This document shows, one piece after another, positions 10,008 to 21,792 of a stretch of 64,000 nucleotides of DNA. The position numbers and the translations under genes were made by a program. Source of the stretch: Octopus sinensis (lineage: Eukaryota); assembly GCF_006345805.1 (NCBI RefSeq), contig NC_043023.1, positions 7,440,001 through 7,504,000 on the forward strand. The letters run 5' to 3'. The notes under the pieces are model-generated. The model did no database searches, was not told where the DNA came from, and saw nothing but the letters and a program-made list of their open reading frames with translations. Position 1 is the stretch's first letter, and each line of letters begins with the position of its first letter.

Positions 10008-10593
10008 CGGTGAGCTGGCAGAAAGGTTATCACTCTGGGTGATATGCTTAACGGTATTTCGTCGGCTGCTACGTTCTGAGTTCAAATTCTGCTGAGGTCG
10101 ACTTTGCCTTTCATCTTTTCAGGGTCGATAAATTAAGTACCAGTTATGCACTGGGGTCGATATAATCGACTTTGTCTGTCATTTTTTGTCCTCTCTGTGT
10201 GTAGCCCCTTGTGGGTAGTAAAGAAATAGGTATTTCGATTGCCGTTACGTTTTGAGTTCAAATTCCGCCGGTCGACTTTGCCTTTCATCTTTTCAGGGTC
10301 GATAAATTAAGTACCAGTTATGCACTGGGGTCGATATAATCGACTTTGTCTGTCATTGTTTGTCCTCTCTGTGTGTAGCCCCTTGTGGGTAGTAAAGAAA
10401 TAGGTATTTCGTCTGCCGTTACGTTTTGAGTTCAAATTCCGCCGACGTTGACTTTGCCTTTCATCTTTTCGGGGGGGGGGTCGATTAAATAAGTCCAGTT
10501 ACGCACTGGGGTCGATGTAATCAACTTAATCCCTTTGTCTGTCCTTGTTTGTCCTCTCTGTGTTTAGCCCCTTGTGGGTAGTAAAGAAATAGG
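10008..10593 (+). mobile_element. SINE family B (tRNA head, Meta-like domain gcctttcatc...ggggtcgataaattaagtaccag) as a head-to-tail trimer
   Basis: Units restart at 10230 and 10404 at GTATTTCG. Confidence 0.85.
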
Positions 10594-10849
10594 ACAGTCA
10601 GACAGGCAAGTAGGCAAACAGGTATGCAAGCAGACAGAAAGACAGACAGGCAGGCAGGCGGACTGGCAGGTAGACAGGCAGGTAGATAGACAGGCAGACA
10701 GCTAGATAGACAGGCAGGCAGATAGGCAGACTAACAGGCAGATAGAAAGAAAGAAAGAAGGAAAGAAAGGAAGGAAGAAAGAGAGAAGTAAGCAAATAGA
10801 TATTTGAGAGGGGGTAGAAGATAAACTTCACCAATTGTTATTTCCCTAT

Positions 10850-11017
10850 AGGCGCAGGAGTGACTGTGTGGTAAGTAGCTTGCTTACCAGCCACATGGTT
10901 CCGGATTCAGTCCTACTGCATGGCACCTTGGGCAAGTGTCTTCTACTATAGCCTTGGGTTGACCAAAGCTTTGTGGGTAGATTTGGTAGACGGAAACTGA
11001 AAGAAGCATGTCGTATG

Positions 11018-11067
<50 letters not shown>

Positions 11068-11275
11068 CATGTTGTGTGTGTGTATATGTTTGTCCCTCAA
11101 CATCGCTTGACAACCGAAGCTGGTGTGTTTACGTCCCCGTAACTTAGGAGTTCGGCAAATGAGACTGATAGAATAAGTACTAGGCTTACAAAGAATAAGT
11201 CCCGGGGTCGATTTGCTCGACTAAAAGGCGGTGCTCCAGCATGGCAACAGTCAAATGACTGAAACAAGTAAAAGG
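10850..11275 (+). mobile_element. SINE family A, full length
   Basis: Head, internal (TA)n, body and tail all present. Confidence 0.9.
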
Positions 11276-11681
11276 GTATTTGGTGGATTTAAACCGAGAC
11301 AGTTCAAAGTCAATCAATATCACCGTCGTTAAATCGATGGAAAGGAAATGGCTGAGATCCGCCTTTAGATAGATGTTGAAGGCAGACGAATACAAATCTA
11401 AGGGACTTAATTCCGCACACGCTTATTCTATTATGTATCATTGTATTATCTCCCTTAGCTTATCTCTCCTCAGAATAACTCTTCTCTTTGGTCTTCCTGT
11501 CGTTTCTCGTTTCACCCCATTCCAGCTCTTTATGTTCTGAGTTCAAATCTCGACATTGCCTTTCATTTTTTTTTTTTTTCATATGTCATGTGGTACTTCG
11601 GCTGCCACTATGTTTTCTTCTTACATTTCACATTCACTAAATATATCTTTTTCCAAGACTATAGGGTTTTATTTAATTTAC

Positions 11682-12086
11682 ATCTCTCTCTATATAAACG
11701 GCAGTTTGTCTGTCAGGTTGTACCCTCACCGTGACCACGGCTTTCAACCGATTCTGATGAAACTTGACACACACACATAGCCCAATGTTATAATTCAAAA
11801 CTAACGCAGCGAAAATTTTGAAAAGTTCCCCCAGTTCTGAAAAAATCGATAAATTCGACATGGGGTCGAGAATCTAAGCTTTTTATATGCAACACATTTT
11901 CTGGGCTGTACGTGGGCTGTTCAAACGCTGGGAGGCGCAATGATGTTTTCATGTTTTCGCCCAAAGGGACAGCTAGGAACATCGTATACACAGAAGTATT
12001 CGAGTGAAGAAAGGACTAGATTGGGATTAGTCGTTGCCTACTAGGGGCTCTTACATACCCGGGCAACGCTGGGCTATGCTGCTAGT
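11682..12086 (-). mobile_element. Helentron-associated (HINE/DINE-1-like) non-autonomous element
   Basis: Minus strand begins ACTAGCAGCATAGCCCAGCGTTGCCCGGG and ends acagacaaactgccgtttatatagagagagat. Confidence 0.65.
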
Positions 12087-13384
12087 ATCATTATATACGT
12101 CTCGTTTATTTGGTTTTTTCTTTCCTTTACCCCTCCTCTTTCTATAAGCTACCTTTGGCGTTATATCCTCTAACCTTGGGCAAGTGTCTTCTGCTATAGC
12201 CTCGGGCCGACCAAAGTCTTGTGAGTTGATTTAGTTGACGGAAACTGAAAGAAGCCCGTTGTATATATGTATGTATATATATGTCTGTGTTTGTGTGTAT
12301 GTTTGTGTGTCCGTGTTTGTCCCACCCCAACATCACTTGACAACCGATGCTGGTGAGTTTACATCTCTGTAACTTGGCGGTTCGGCAAAAGGGACCGATA
12401 GAATAAGTACTAGGCTTACAAAGAATAAGTCCTGGGATTGATTTGCTCGACTAAAGGCGGTGCTCCAGCATGGCCACAGTCAAATGACTGAAACAAGTAA
12501 AAGAGTAAAGACTTGATTTCCTGTGGTAATGGCTGTCAATATGACAAAGAAGGCGCCCAGAATACCCACATTTAATTGTTTGTATCTATAATAAGTTCTT
12601 GCAATTTCTATTTGGTTATAATTACACATAGCACTATTTTATTCTTTTTAGAAACCTTGAGCATGATTTAACCTGTTACTTATTAATTAATTATAAAATA
12701 AGAGATGTTTCATTAAAATTCAAGATGAAATTTATTACAATCTGAAGGAAATTCACTGAATATGCTTTTAATTTTTCACTTTTTCTTCGGAGAATGCTAA
12801 AAGTTTAGAAATACAATAAAAAGTGAGGATATTCTTAACGTTATAATTTTAGATTATTATATAATCCAAATTTTATTATATAATCCGTGATTTAGTTCAA
12901 ATTTTAATATTTTATAAAGAGTCCTTTGTATTTTATTTATATTTTTTTTTAACAATAAAGTTTATCAGTCAACTAATATGTCTAGACCTTCATGAACCCA
13001 TCTTCTGGTTGAAGCTATGAGTGTTGACATATAACTGCTATTTTAAAGTAGGCAGAGATAATAATATATATTTTATTACATCAAATGTGATCTGGTTTAA
13101 TTTTCTTTGTTTCTTTAACCCTTTTGTTGCCATATTTCTGTTCAAATACACAGCCCTTGTTTCAATAATTTTGAAAATAACCAAGAATTTAGTAAAATTA
13201 ATTTGTTGTCCTTGAACTGATGTCTGGAACAAAGATTAACACAAAATTTTGAAGGAAGGTTTTAATTTAGATCACTTTAACCCTTTTGTTACCATATTTC
13301 TGTTGAAATCCACTGTCTTTATTTCAATTAATTTTGAAAATAACCAAGAATTTAGTAATATAACTTTGTCATAATTAGAAACAT

Positions 13385-13800
13385 AGGTGCAGGAGTGGCT
13401 GTGTGGTAAGTAGCTTGCTTACCAGCCACATGGTTCCAGGTTCAGTCCCACTGCATGGCACCTTGGGCAAGTGTCTTCTACTATAGCCTCGGGCCGACCA
13501 AAGCCTTGTGAGTGGATTTGGTAGACGGAAACTGAAAGAAGCTCGTCGTATATATGTATATATATGTATGCGCGTGTGTGTTTGTGTGTGTGCGTTTGTC
13601 CCCCTAGCATTGCTTGACAACCGATGCTGGTGTGTTTATGTCCCCGTTACTTAGCGGTTCGGCAAAAGAGACCGATAGAATAAGTACTGGGCTTACAAAA
13701 GAATAAGTCCCAGGGTCGAGTTGCTCGATTAAAGGCGGTGCTCCAGCATGGCCGCAGTCAAATGACTGAAACAAGTAAAAGAGTAAAGAGTAAAAGAGTA
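13385..13800 (+). mobile_element. SINE family A, full length
   Basis: As above; tail (aaagagt)x3. Confidence 0.9.
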
Positions 13801-14019
13801 TAAATAAGCTTGAATTTTTAATGGAAAGATTTAATTTACAGTATTTACATAGGACAGAAAGGTGTCCTCATCTTGTTTGTTGTTATCAGGGCATTTTGGC
13901 TGATATACTCTCCAGCCTTCATTAGGGGTTCTGGTGGAATCTCAAACCCAACCCTTTATTTGACTAACAATGAGGACACCTATCTGTCTGTTGTAAATAA
14001 TGTAAATACTTCCTCATCC

Positions 14020-14245
14020 CCAAAATATTGTTGGCATCCTTTTTGTCTCGGGAGACAATGGAGTTGCGCATAAAGTAGTCTAGTCTGGCTTTTACATTTC
14101 ATGTCCTGATATATTTCCTGCTGTGGCTGTGTAGTCCTATCCTGGACAAACACTCCCTCTGGCAGGTACCGCAAATGTAGCGAAGACTGTTCCTGGCTGG
14201 TTGTAATGCCATAGTTTCTTGTTGACGTGTCTTCTTTTCTTTCCA
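14020..14245 (-). mobile_element. RTE (BovB-like) LINE 3' fragment
   Basis: CGTCQRECLSRIGLHSHSRK zinc-finger-type end, then 3' UTR ccattgtctcccgagacaaaaaggatgccaac. Confidence 0.7.
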
Positions 14246-14574
14246 TTTCTCCTCTCTCTCTCTGTCACTCCTTAGTAAGATTTAATTTAAATAAATTTAA
14301 ACTTTTTGTTGTTCAGATAAGCTGTTTGTGTTTCAATTATTTTGGAAAATTATAAGGAAATTAGTAAAATAACTTTGTTATGATTAAGCTGGTATTTACA
14401 ACAAAGATTAACATGAAATTTTGATGGAAGATTTCAACATGCATCACTTTAATCCTTTGATATTCAGGTTATTCTGTCAAGTTTAATGTTTATTTATTCA
14501 CATTGGATTGGATTAGCCATGCATTGCATTGTAGCTTTGAGATTTCAGTACCATCATTGTTTATTTTTAGAATA

Positions 14575-14862
14575 ACTAGCAGTATCGCCCGGCGTTGCTC
14601 GGGTTTGTAAGGGGAATAACTATATAAGCATTTTTAGAGAGTTATAGCCAAAAAATGCATTAAAAATGGAAAACAAATGATGGTAAATTTTTTTTTAAAT
14701 CGTAGACTCATCGTAGACGCGCGCTAATACCCAGAAGGGCTCGATATGAATCACGACTATAAGATACCCGAATTTGGTTAAACTGCACCGCAAAATGTGG
14801 GAGTAGTTAGGAATCTAAATCGTAGGAGACAGACACACAACTTCTCTTTTATATATAAAGAT
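14575..14862 (+). mobile_element. HINE/DINE-1-like element inserted in a TTAA-flanked MITE (~14450-15020)
   Basis: ACTAGCAGTATCGCCCGGCGTTGCTCGGG start; acagacacacaacttctcttttatatataaagat end. Confidence 0.65.
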
Positions 14863-15848
14863 ATTGTAGGGTAAGTGTGAGAGGCTGGATCTGACCAGTT
14901 TGAACATAAAACAAGTAGAATATTCTGGTTGGATATGATCAGTTTAAATGCTAAAGGATTAAAACAGGAACTTTGCATCATAGGGCCAAGGCTAGACTCA
15001 GCTTGGCTGATATTGAAAGGGTTAAGAGTCCTTTGTGCTTTGTTTCAAACAATGTTTGTAAGTCAATCAACACATTTAGGCGTTCACAGTCCCATCTTCA
15101 GTATGAAGTAGTGAGTGTTGACTGTCATTTTAAAGTAAGCAGAGATAAATAGAACGTGATGTTTTATTAATTGTAACACAACCACCGGGCTTAACATTTT
15201 TTGATTGTCATTTTAGTATTCTTCAAATTACCAGAGTGGGTTATTTTGCTTGTTTTTTTTTTGTATATTTTTGTGACTTTTTTCTTTTTTTTTCAGCTTT
15301 AACTCACAAAGAATCTTTGGAATGTCTTACAAATGTTCACTGTGCCACTTATGGAGTTGGTTTGGATGATGTGTGCCATTTTATTCTGCTCTTCCTTAGT
15401 ATTTCTAAGTCATTTTTCTTATATATATGTGTATATATGTATGTATGCATGTATATATGCATGCATGCATTTATGTAAATATGTATGTTTGTATGTATGC
15501 ATACATGTATGTATATATGTATGTGTGTGTGTATGTGTGAGTGTGTGTGCATGTGTGTGCTTGTTAATGTGTGTGTGTGTACGTGTGTGCATATGTATAT
15601 GTGTGAGTGTATATCGCTTGACAACCGATGCTGCTGTGTTCACAACCCGGTAACTTAGCAGTTCGGAAAAAGAAACTGATAGAATAAGTACTAGACTTAC
15701 AAAGAATAAGTCCTGGGGTCGATTTGCTCGACTAAAGGTGGTGCTCCAGCATGGCCACATGACTGAAACAAGTAAAAGAGTAAAAGAGAGAGAGTATTTA
15801 TGTATGTATGTATGCATGTGTTCGTGTATATTTATGTATGAATATATA

Positions 15849-16484
15849 CGAGGGGGTGCTAAAAAGTTCCTGGTTTTAAGGGTATCATGAAGGGCCTGGT
15901 TAGAGTCGGCCCAATCCTCCGAGTTGTTTTACAGGGTTTAGAAAACTTGAGTAGGCACAGGAGTGGCTGTGTGGTAAGTAGTTTGCTTACCAACCACATG
16001 GTTCTGGGTTCAGTCCCCCTGCGTAGCACCTTGGGCAAGTGTCTTCTACTATAGCCTCGGGCCGACCTAAGCCTTGTGAGTGGATTTGGTAGACGGAAAC
16101 TGAAAGAAGCCCATCGTATATATGTATGTATATATATATATGTATGTGTGTGTGTTTGTGTGTCTGTGTTTGTCCCCCCCTCCCCAACATCGCTTGACAA
16201 CCGATGCTGGTGTGTTTATGTCCCCGTAACTTAGCAGTTTGGCAAAAGAGAGGTCGATAGAATAAGTACTAGAACTTACAAAGAATAAGTCCTGGGGTTC
16301 ATTTGCTCAACTAAGGCGGTGCTCCAGCATGGCCACAGTCAAAATGACTGAAACAAGTAAAAGAGTAAAAGAGACTGCTGCAATAAGTGTATGAATCTGA
16401 AAGGGAATATGTTGGATAGAATTATAATTAATTGATCCTCCTGAATTTTCTTTTACCCAAAACCAGGAACTTTTCAGCACCCCG
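15849..16484. mobile_element. Mariner-like MITE with a nested SINE A (~15950-16372)
   Basis: TIRs CGAGGGGGTGCTAAAAAGTTCCTGGTTTT / AAAACCAGGAACTTTTCAGCACCCCG. Confidence 0.75.
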
Positions 16485-16544
16485 TCATATGTGGGTGTGT
16501 ATATGTATGTATATATAAATATATATGTATGTATGTATGTATGT

Positions 16545-16653
16545 CATTATTCAATTTTATTTCAAGATTTCTTGCCAATGGAGAAAGAACTGGTTTCTAA
16601 CCTAGATCCAAGGCTCCTTCATTGGAATTTCAACATCAACAACAAGGTTTTTA

Positions 16654-16694
<41 letters not shown>

Positions 16695-16970
16695 ATGTAT
16701 GTATGTATGTATGTATGTATGTATGTATGTATGTGCAGATGTGTATGTTTTATGTATGTATTCTCATGCATATAGCTGCATATTTAGACATGCTCATATA
16801 TATATTTAAATGATAAACTTCTGGAAAGTTTTACAGATTTTTACAGTTCCATTGTTTGAATTTGGCTTTCTTCTTTCTGGTTTTGAGAAGCCTAATTTCT
16901 CAAGATTGGTATTTAGGCAGCGTGTTACATATCCCAATGCCCCAATAATTACAGGTATAAACCTGAACTT
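16545..16970 (-). mobile_element. RLE-type LINE 3' fragment and tail with (CATA)n
   Basis: KFRFIPVIIGALGYVTRCLNTNLEKLGF...GTVKICKTFQKF, homologous to 6040-6540. Confidence 0.75.
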
Positions 16971-17087
16971 GTATGTATGTATGTATGTATGTATGTATGT
17001 ATGTATGTATGTATGTATGTACGTATGAGTGTATGTATGTATGTATGTATGTATGTATGTATGTATGTATGAATATATGTGTGTATG

Positions 17088-17121
<34 letters not shown>

Positions 17122-17202
17122 TGTATGTATGTATCTATGTATGTATGTGTGTGTGTATGGATACATGTTTGGTGGCACAAATCAAATTTCAATACTTCTC
17201 TC

Positions 17203-18899
17203 TTAAAGCAATTCCATTTCTTCCAAGGTGACCTTAGGCGGGTTTTTCTTCCTCACCCACCCACCACGTATAGCATCGATGCGTCGATGAATCGGCGGCA
17301 GAACGAGGATAAGTTTGAGAAAGATGACAAAAAAAGGTGTCAGACAACAAATGAAGGACTTCTCCGCATAGAAGTTCATACCGAGGGCTTGCCAGTAGGG
17401 CAAGAAAAGCAGTGTCACATGGGCTGCTGCAAGAAAGAGCGTGGCGTACCCCAAGTTACTCTGGAAGAAACGCCACTCGCGCCAGTTGAGGCGTGACCCC
17501 ACAGATGGTAACGTCACTATTCCGATCACTGATAATGTTAAGAACGACAATATACCAATACTAAGCCCAACACTGCTGTATAATGTTAACGATTGTTGTG
17601 GCTTTTGTTTGAGGTGGTGTCTATTGTTGCTATTTTCGTTGTAATCGGTGTTGTTTTTGTTGTTGTTGCTGTTATCATTTTTGTGGTGGTTGTTGTTGTT
17701 GTTGTTGGTGTTGTTTCTCTTATTGCTGCTGCTGGGGCTGTGGTTACTGTTTTCGATATTCATGGTAGTGTAGTAGTTGTTGTTGCTATAGTAGGTGTAG
17801 TACTGATTGCTACTATGAACATTGTTGTCGTTGATGTTGCTATGGTAGCTGCTACTGCTGCTGCTGCTGCTGTGCTGCTGCTACTGCTGCTACTACTACT
17901 ACTGCTGCTTGCTTGAGTGAAATATAGGAATGGCATTGTTGACGGTGCCACCAAAATCAATGAGATAACTACATGCCAGAACGCAAAGAGGAGAGCAGTG
18001 AGGCCAAGAACCTTCCTCGATTTAAGCCACTCGTCCAACCAGGGTGGAAAACGCTTGTATTTGGTTCCATAACACAACTGGACAAGTGCAGCTAGGCAGC
18101 CCGCAAAATACGTAAGCGCAAGAAGACTAATAGCGGACAACGCCAGTAAAACATTCAGAAGATTGAGAGGAATTTTCTGCCAATGGTAGACCTGTCTTGA
18201 AGACGCTCGCTGTTTGCGGACCTCATTGTAAACAAGAACCGAGAACCAAACAAGAACCACACAACACGTAATGCATGCCGGGACACCCCAGCCTTTCATG
18301 AACATGTGAGGGAGGGCCTCGATGTCGCGTGCGGTAGTCAGGTCACCGCGACATATCGGACTAAAGCCCATGTGTCGGACAACCCTACCGACCTTGTTGA
18401 CAGCGTTGATATCATTGCCTGCTAAATATACAGTTGTGCGTGATGTGGCATCTGATGAAAGCCCTTCTAGTACATCTGGCGCCAGGGTATTGAGTCCTTT
18501 CACAATATGTGCATTCGGAAACTGTTCAGCTAATTTTTCAGCATTTGATGGCTGATCGCCATTTGGTTTCTGGGATCGATTTGACACGTCGACAAGAACT
18601 TTGCCACTGAGCAGATCCTTATAAGGAGTAAGAAGGGAGATCATGTGACGGAACTGGAGCGCAAGGAAGAAGACGCGCACATCGCTGTTTTCGAGGCATT
18701 TCTCAACACTGGTGAACTGGACGACGTCTGGGACTGGACGTGATCCGTTGAACTTCCGCCGTGAAGGACATCGGCTTCCCAAGATTACGGCATAACCACT
18801 GCAAGTGAGGCGGCGGGCGAGTGCACAGCCTAAATCACCTGTACCAATCACTGCGATCACACTTCGCTCAACGTACTGGTTTCCATTTCGGTCCTGCAT
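17203..18899 (-). CDS. STEAP4: STEAP2/3/4-type metalloreductase (FNO-like NADPH domain + 6-TM ferric reductase domain), single coding exon with one apparent 1-nt deletion at 17872/17873; 565 aa when repaired
   Basis: Rossmann motif GTGDLG, plus GSRCP, DVSN, KGLN, GTKYKRFPPWLDEWLKSRKVLGL, LPSVGSRLNWREWRFFQSNLGY and both heme His (FWHVV, AAHVT). Covers ORFs 17760-18899 and 17203-17763. ACCATG start with an in-frame TGA just upstream. The exact paralog is not resolvable. Confidence 0.93.
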
Positions 18900-18912
18900 G
18901 GTTCACAAACAT

Positions 18913-18945
18913 CTGAAATTAGACACGAAAAAAAAAATATGAAAC
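18913..18945 (-). promoter_or_regulatory. 3' splice acceptor immediately upstream of the STEAP coding exon
   Basis: Minus strand reads ttttttttttcgtgtctaatttcag|ATGTTTGTGAACCATG (T tract, CTAAT branch-like motif, CAG); implies a non-coding 5' exon. Confidence 0.75.
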
Positions 18946-18957
18946 AAACATATGCGC

Positions 18958-19542
18958 AGGCGTAGGAGTGGCTGTGTGGTAAGTAGCTTGCTTACCAACC
19001 ACATGGTTCCAGGTTCAGTCCCACTGCATGGCACCTTTGGCAAGTGTCTTCTACTATAGCTCGGGCCGACCAAAGCCTTGTGAGTGGATTTGGTAGACGG
19101 AAACTGAAAGAAGCCTGTCATATATATATAGGTGCAGGAGTGGCTGTGTGGTAAGTAGCTTGCTTACAAACCACATGGTTCCAGGTTCAGTTCCACTGCG
19201 TGGCACCTTGGGCAAGTGTCTTCTACTATTGCCTCGGGCCGACCAAAGCTTTGTGAGTGGATTTGGTAGACGGAAACTGAAAGAAGCCCATCGTATATAT
19301 GTATATATATATGTATGTGCGTGTTTGTGTGTCTGTGTTTGTCCCCTCAACATCGCTTGACAACCGATGCTGGTGTGTTTACGTCCCCGTAACTTAGCGG
19401 TTTGGCAAAAAAGAGACCGATAAAATAAGTACTAGGCTTACAAAGAATAAGTCCTGGGGTCGATTTGATCAACTAAAGGTGGTGCTCCAGCATGGCCACA
19501 GTCACATGACTGAAACAAGTGAAAGAGTAAAAGAGTAAAGAG
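18958..19542 (+). mobile_element. SINE family A with tandemly duplicated head
   Basis: Head at 18958 and again at ~19130. Confidence 0.9.
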
Positions 19543-19564
19543 TATATATGTACTGCATATATAT

Positions 19565-19890
19565 ACAGGGTGTCCCGGAATTAAGGCAACCAAAGTTTCA
19601 GGCTTTAATAACTATCAATAAATGTGATAAAATATGAAAATTTTACAGCATTATAAAAGCTTAGTGTGTCTTCTTTTTGTTTCAGACTAAATAAATTCAG
19701 ATTTATAAATTAGATAATGACTATAGACCTAAATACAATCATAACCCTCCACAAAAGAAGTGAAGGTAATACAGCAATAGCAAAAAGCTTAAAATTAACC
19801 AAACAGTCTGGAAAATTGTCAAGAAACTTCAAAAGACTAGTTCCTCTGTTAATCGACCTGGATGGACCAAAAAAGAAATGTACAGACCCC
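19565..19890 (+). mobile_element. Tc1-like transposon 5' fragment
   Basis: TA|CAGGGTGTCC TIR start and a frameshifted HTH-region peptide (NTIITLHKR...IAKSLKL...TVWKIVKKLQ...NRPG). Confidence 0.7.
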
Positions 19891-19899
19891 TCATTTATA

Positions 19900-20113
19900 C
19901 TCTTTTACTTGTTTCAGTCACATGACTGTGGCCATGCTGGAGCACCACCTTTAGTTGAGCAAATCGACCCCAGGACATATTCTTTGTAAGCCTAGTACTT
20001 ATTTGATCGGTCTCTCTTTGCTGAACTGCTAAGTTACGGGGACGTAAACACACCAGCATTGGTTGACAAGTGATGTTGGGGGGACAAACACAGACACACA
20101 AACACACACACAC

Positions 20114-20144
<31 letters not shown>

Positions 20145-20325
20145 TGTATTTACACACATATATACGATGGGCTTCTTTCAGTTTCCATCTACCAAATCCA
20201 CTCACAAGGCTTTGGTCGACCTGAGGCTATAGCAGAAGACACTTGCCCAAGGTGCCACGCAGTGGGACTGAACCTGGAACCATATGGTTGGTAAGCAAGC
20301 TACTTACCACATAGCCACTCCTGTG
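19900..20325 (-). mobile_element. SINE family A, full length
   Basis: Inverted relative to the 19130-19542 copy. Confidence 0.9.
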
Positions 20326-20621
20326 TATAAGTATAAATATAAAATAATGACATTTTATACTTATTTACATATATTTATATTTTTAATACAACAATTATTC
20401 TACACACATACATACGTTAATAGTATTAATACTTTAATACAATAGAGTACTCAGTATAAATGCAGTATATTATATTCTCATTGAATATATTTAACTAAAG
20501 ACATATAATATATATATATATATATATACATAAGCATATGTTATGATATTTACGTGGGAACAACAAATATGCATGTATGTATATATATATATATATATAT
20601 ATACACATACATATACATACT

Positions 20622-21790
20622 CGACAGAGTGTAAGTACCTTGAGAGAAATGTTGGACCTAAGAAGCATCAGCTGTGATGTGCAAGAGAGTCGATTGTGCT
20701 GGTATGGTCATGTGGCGAGAATGGATGAAGATAGGTGTGTGAAAAAGTGCCAATCCCTAGCAGTTGAGGGAACCCGTGGAAGAGGTAGACCCAGGAAAAC
20801 CTGGAATGAGGTGGTGAAGCACGATCTTCGAACTTTAGGCCTCACCAAGGCAATGACTAGCGACTGAGACCTTTGGAAATATGCTGTGCATGAGAGGACC
20901 CGGCAAGACAAGTGAGTCCATCCTGTGTCCCTTGCCAGAGATGTAGCCAGCCCACTTATGCATGCCTTTCCTTCCTTGGACACACAAAGACCTGTTGAGG
21001 CAAGCGAAGTCGAAATCGAACCTCATCCGACGACAGGCACCCATGCCAACCTCCCTTCATTGGACACTAAACTCTGCTTGCGAAGACCTGTTGCGGCAAG
21101 TGAAATCGGAATCAAAATTGAACCAATCCTATGACTGGCATCCAGCAGCTGCCAGGGCCACTGGACTGACTCCTGTGCAGGTGGCAAGTGAAGAAACACC
21201 ATTTCGACTCTGTGCTTGAGGAGATCCATTGAGTCAAAAATCAATGGAAACTGCTGTTGTGATCCCTGTGCTGGTGGCACGTAAAAAGCACCATCTGAAT
21301 CGTGGATGATGCCAGCACAACCTTGACTGGCTTCCGTGCCGGTTGCACGTAAAAAGCACCAACCGATCGTGGCTGCTGCCAGCCTCCCCTGGCACCTGTG
21401 CTGGTGGCATGTAAAAAGCACCATCTGAATGTGGCCGATGCCAGCACCGCCTAGAGTGGCTTCCGTGTCGGTGGCACGTAAAAAGCACCATCTGAATCGT
21501 GGCCGATGACAGCACAGCCTTGACTGGCCTCGTGCCAGTTGCACGTAAAATGCACCAATCCGATCGTGGCCGTTGCCAGCCTTGCCTGGCACCTGTGCAG
21601 GTTGCACGTAAAAAGCACCCACTACACTCACGGAGTGGTTGGTGTTAGGAAGGGCATCCAGCTGTAGAAACATTGCCAGATCAGACTGGAGCCTGGTGCA
21701 GCCTTCAGGCTTCCCAGATCCCCAGTCAAACTGTCCAATCCATGCTAGCTGGAAAACAGACGTTAAACGATGATGATGATGATGATGATG
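20622..21790 (+). mobile_element. RTE-clade LINE 3' end
   Basis: RLCWYGHVARMDED...GTRGRGRPRKTW; 3' UTR with cacgtaaaaagcacc repeats; (GAT)n tail. Confidence 0.9.
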
Positions 21791-21792
21791 AT

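Noticed and set aside
11280-11430. Possible Penelope GIY-YIG C-terminus (MERKW...KGLNS)
   Set aside because: Interrupted by a stop and too short to call from memory; needs tBLASTn.
17760-17763. ATGA stop-start overlap suggesting two coupled STEAP half-genes or programmed frameshifting
   Set aside because: The downstream frame is open back to the (AGC)n lesion and no slippery heptamer was seen; a single-base indel explains everything more simply.
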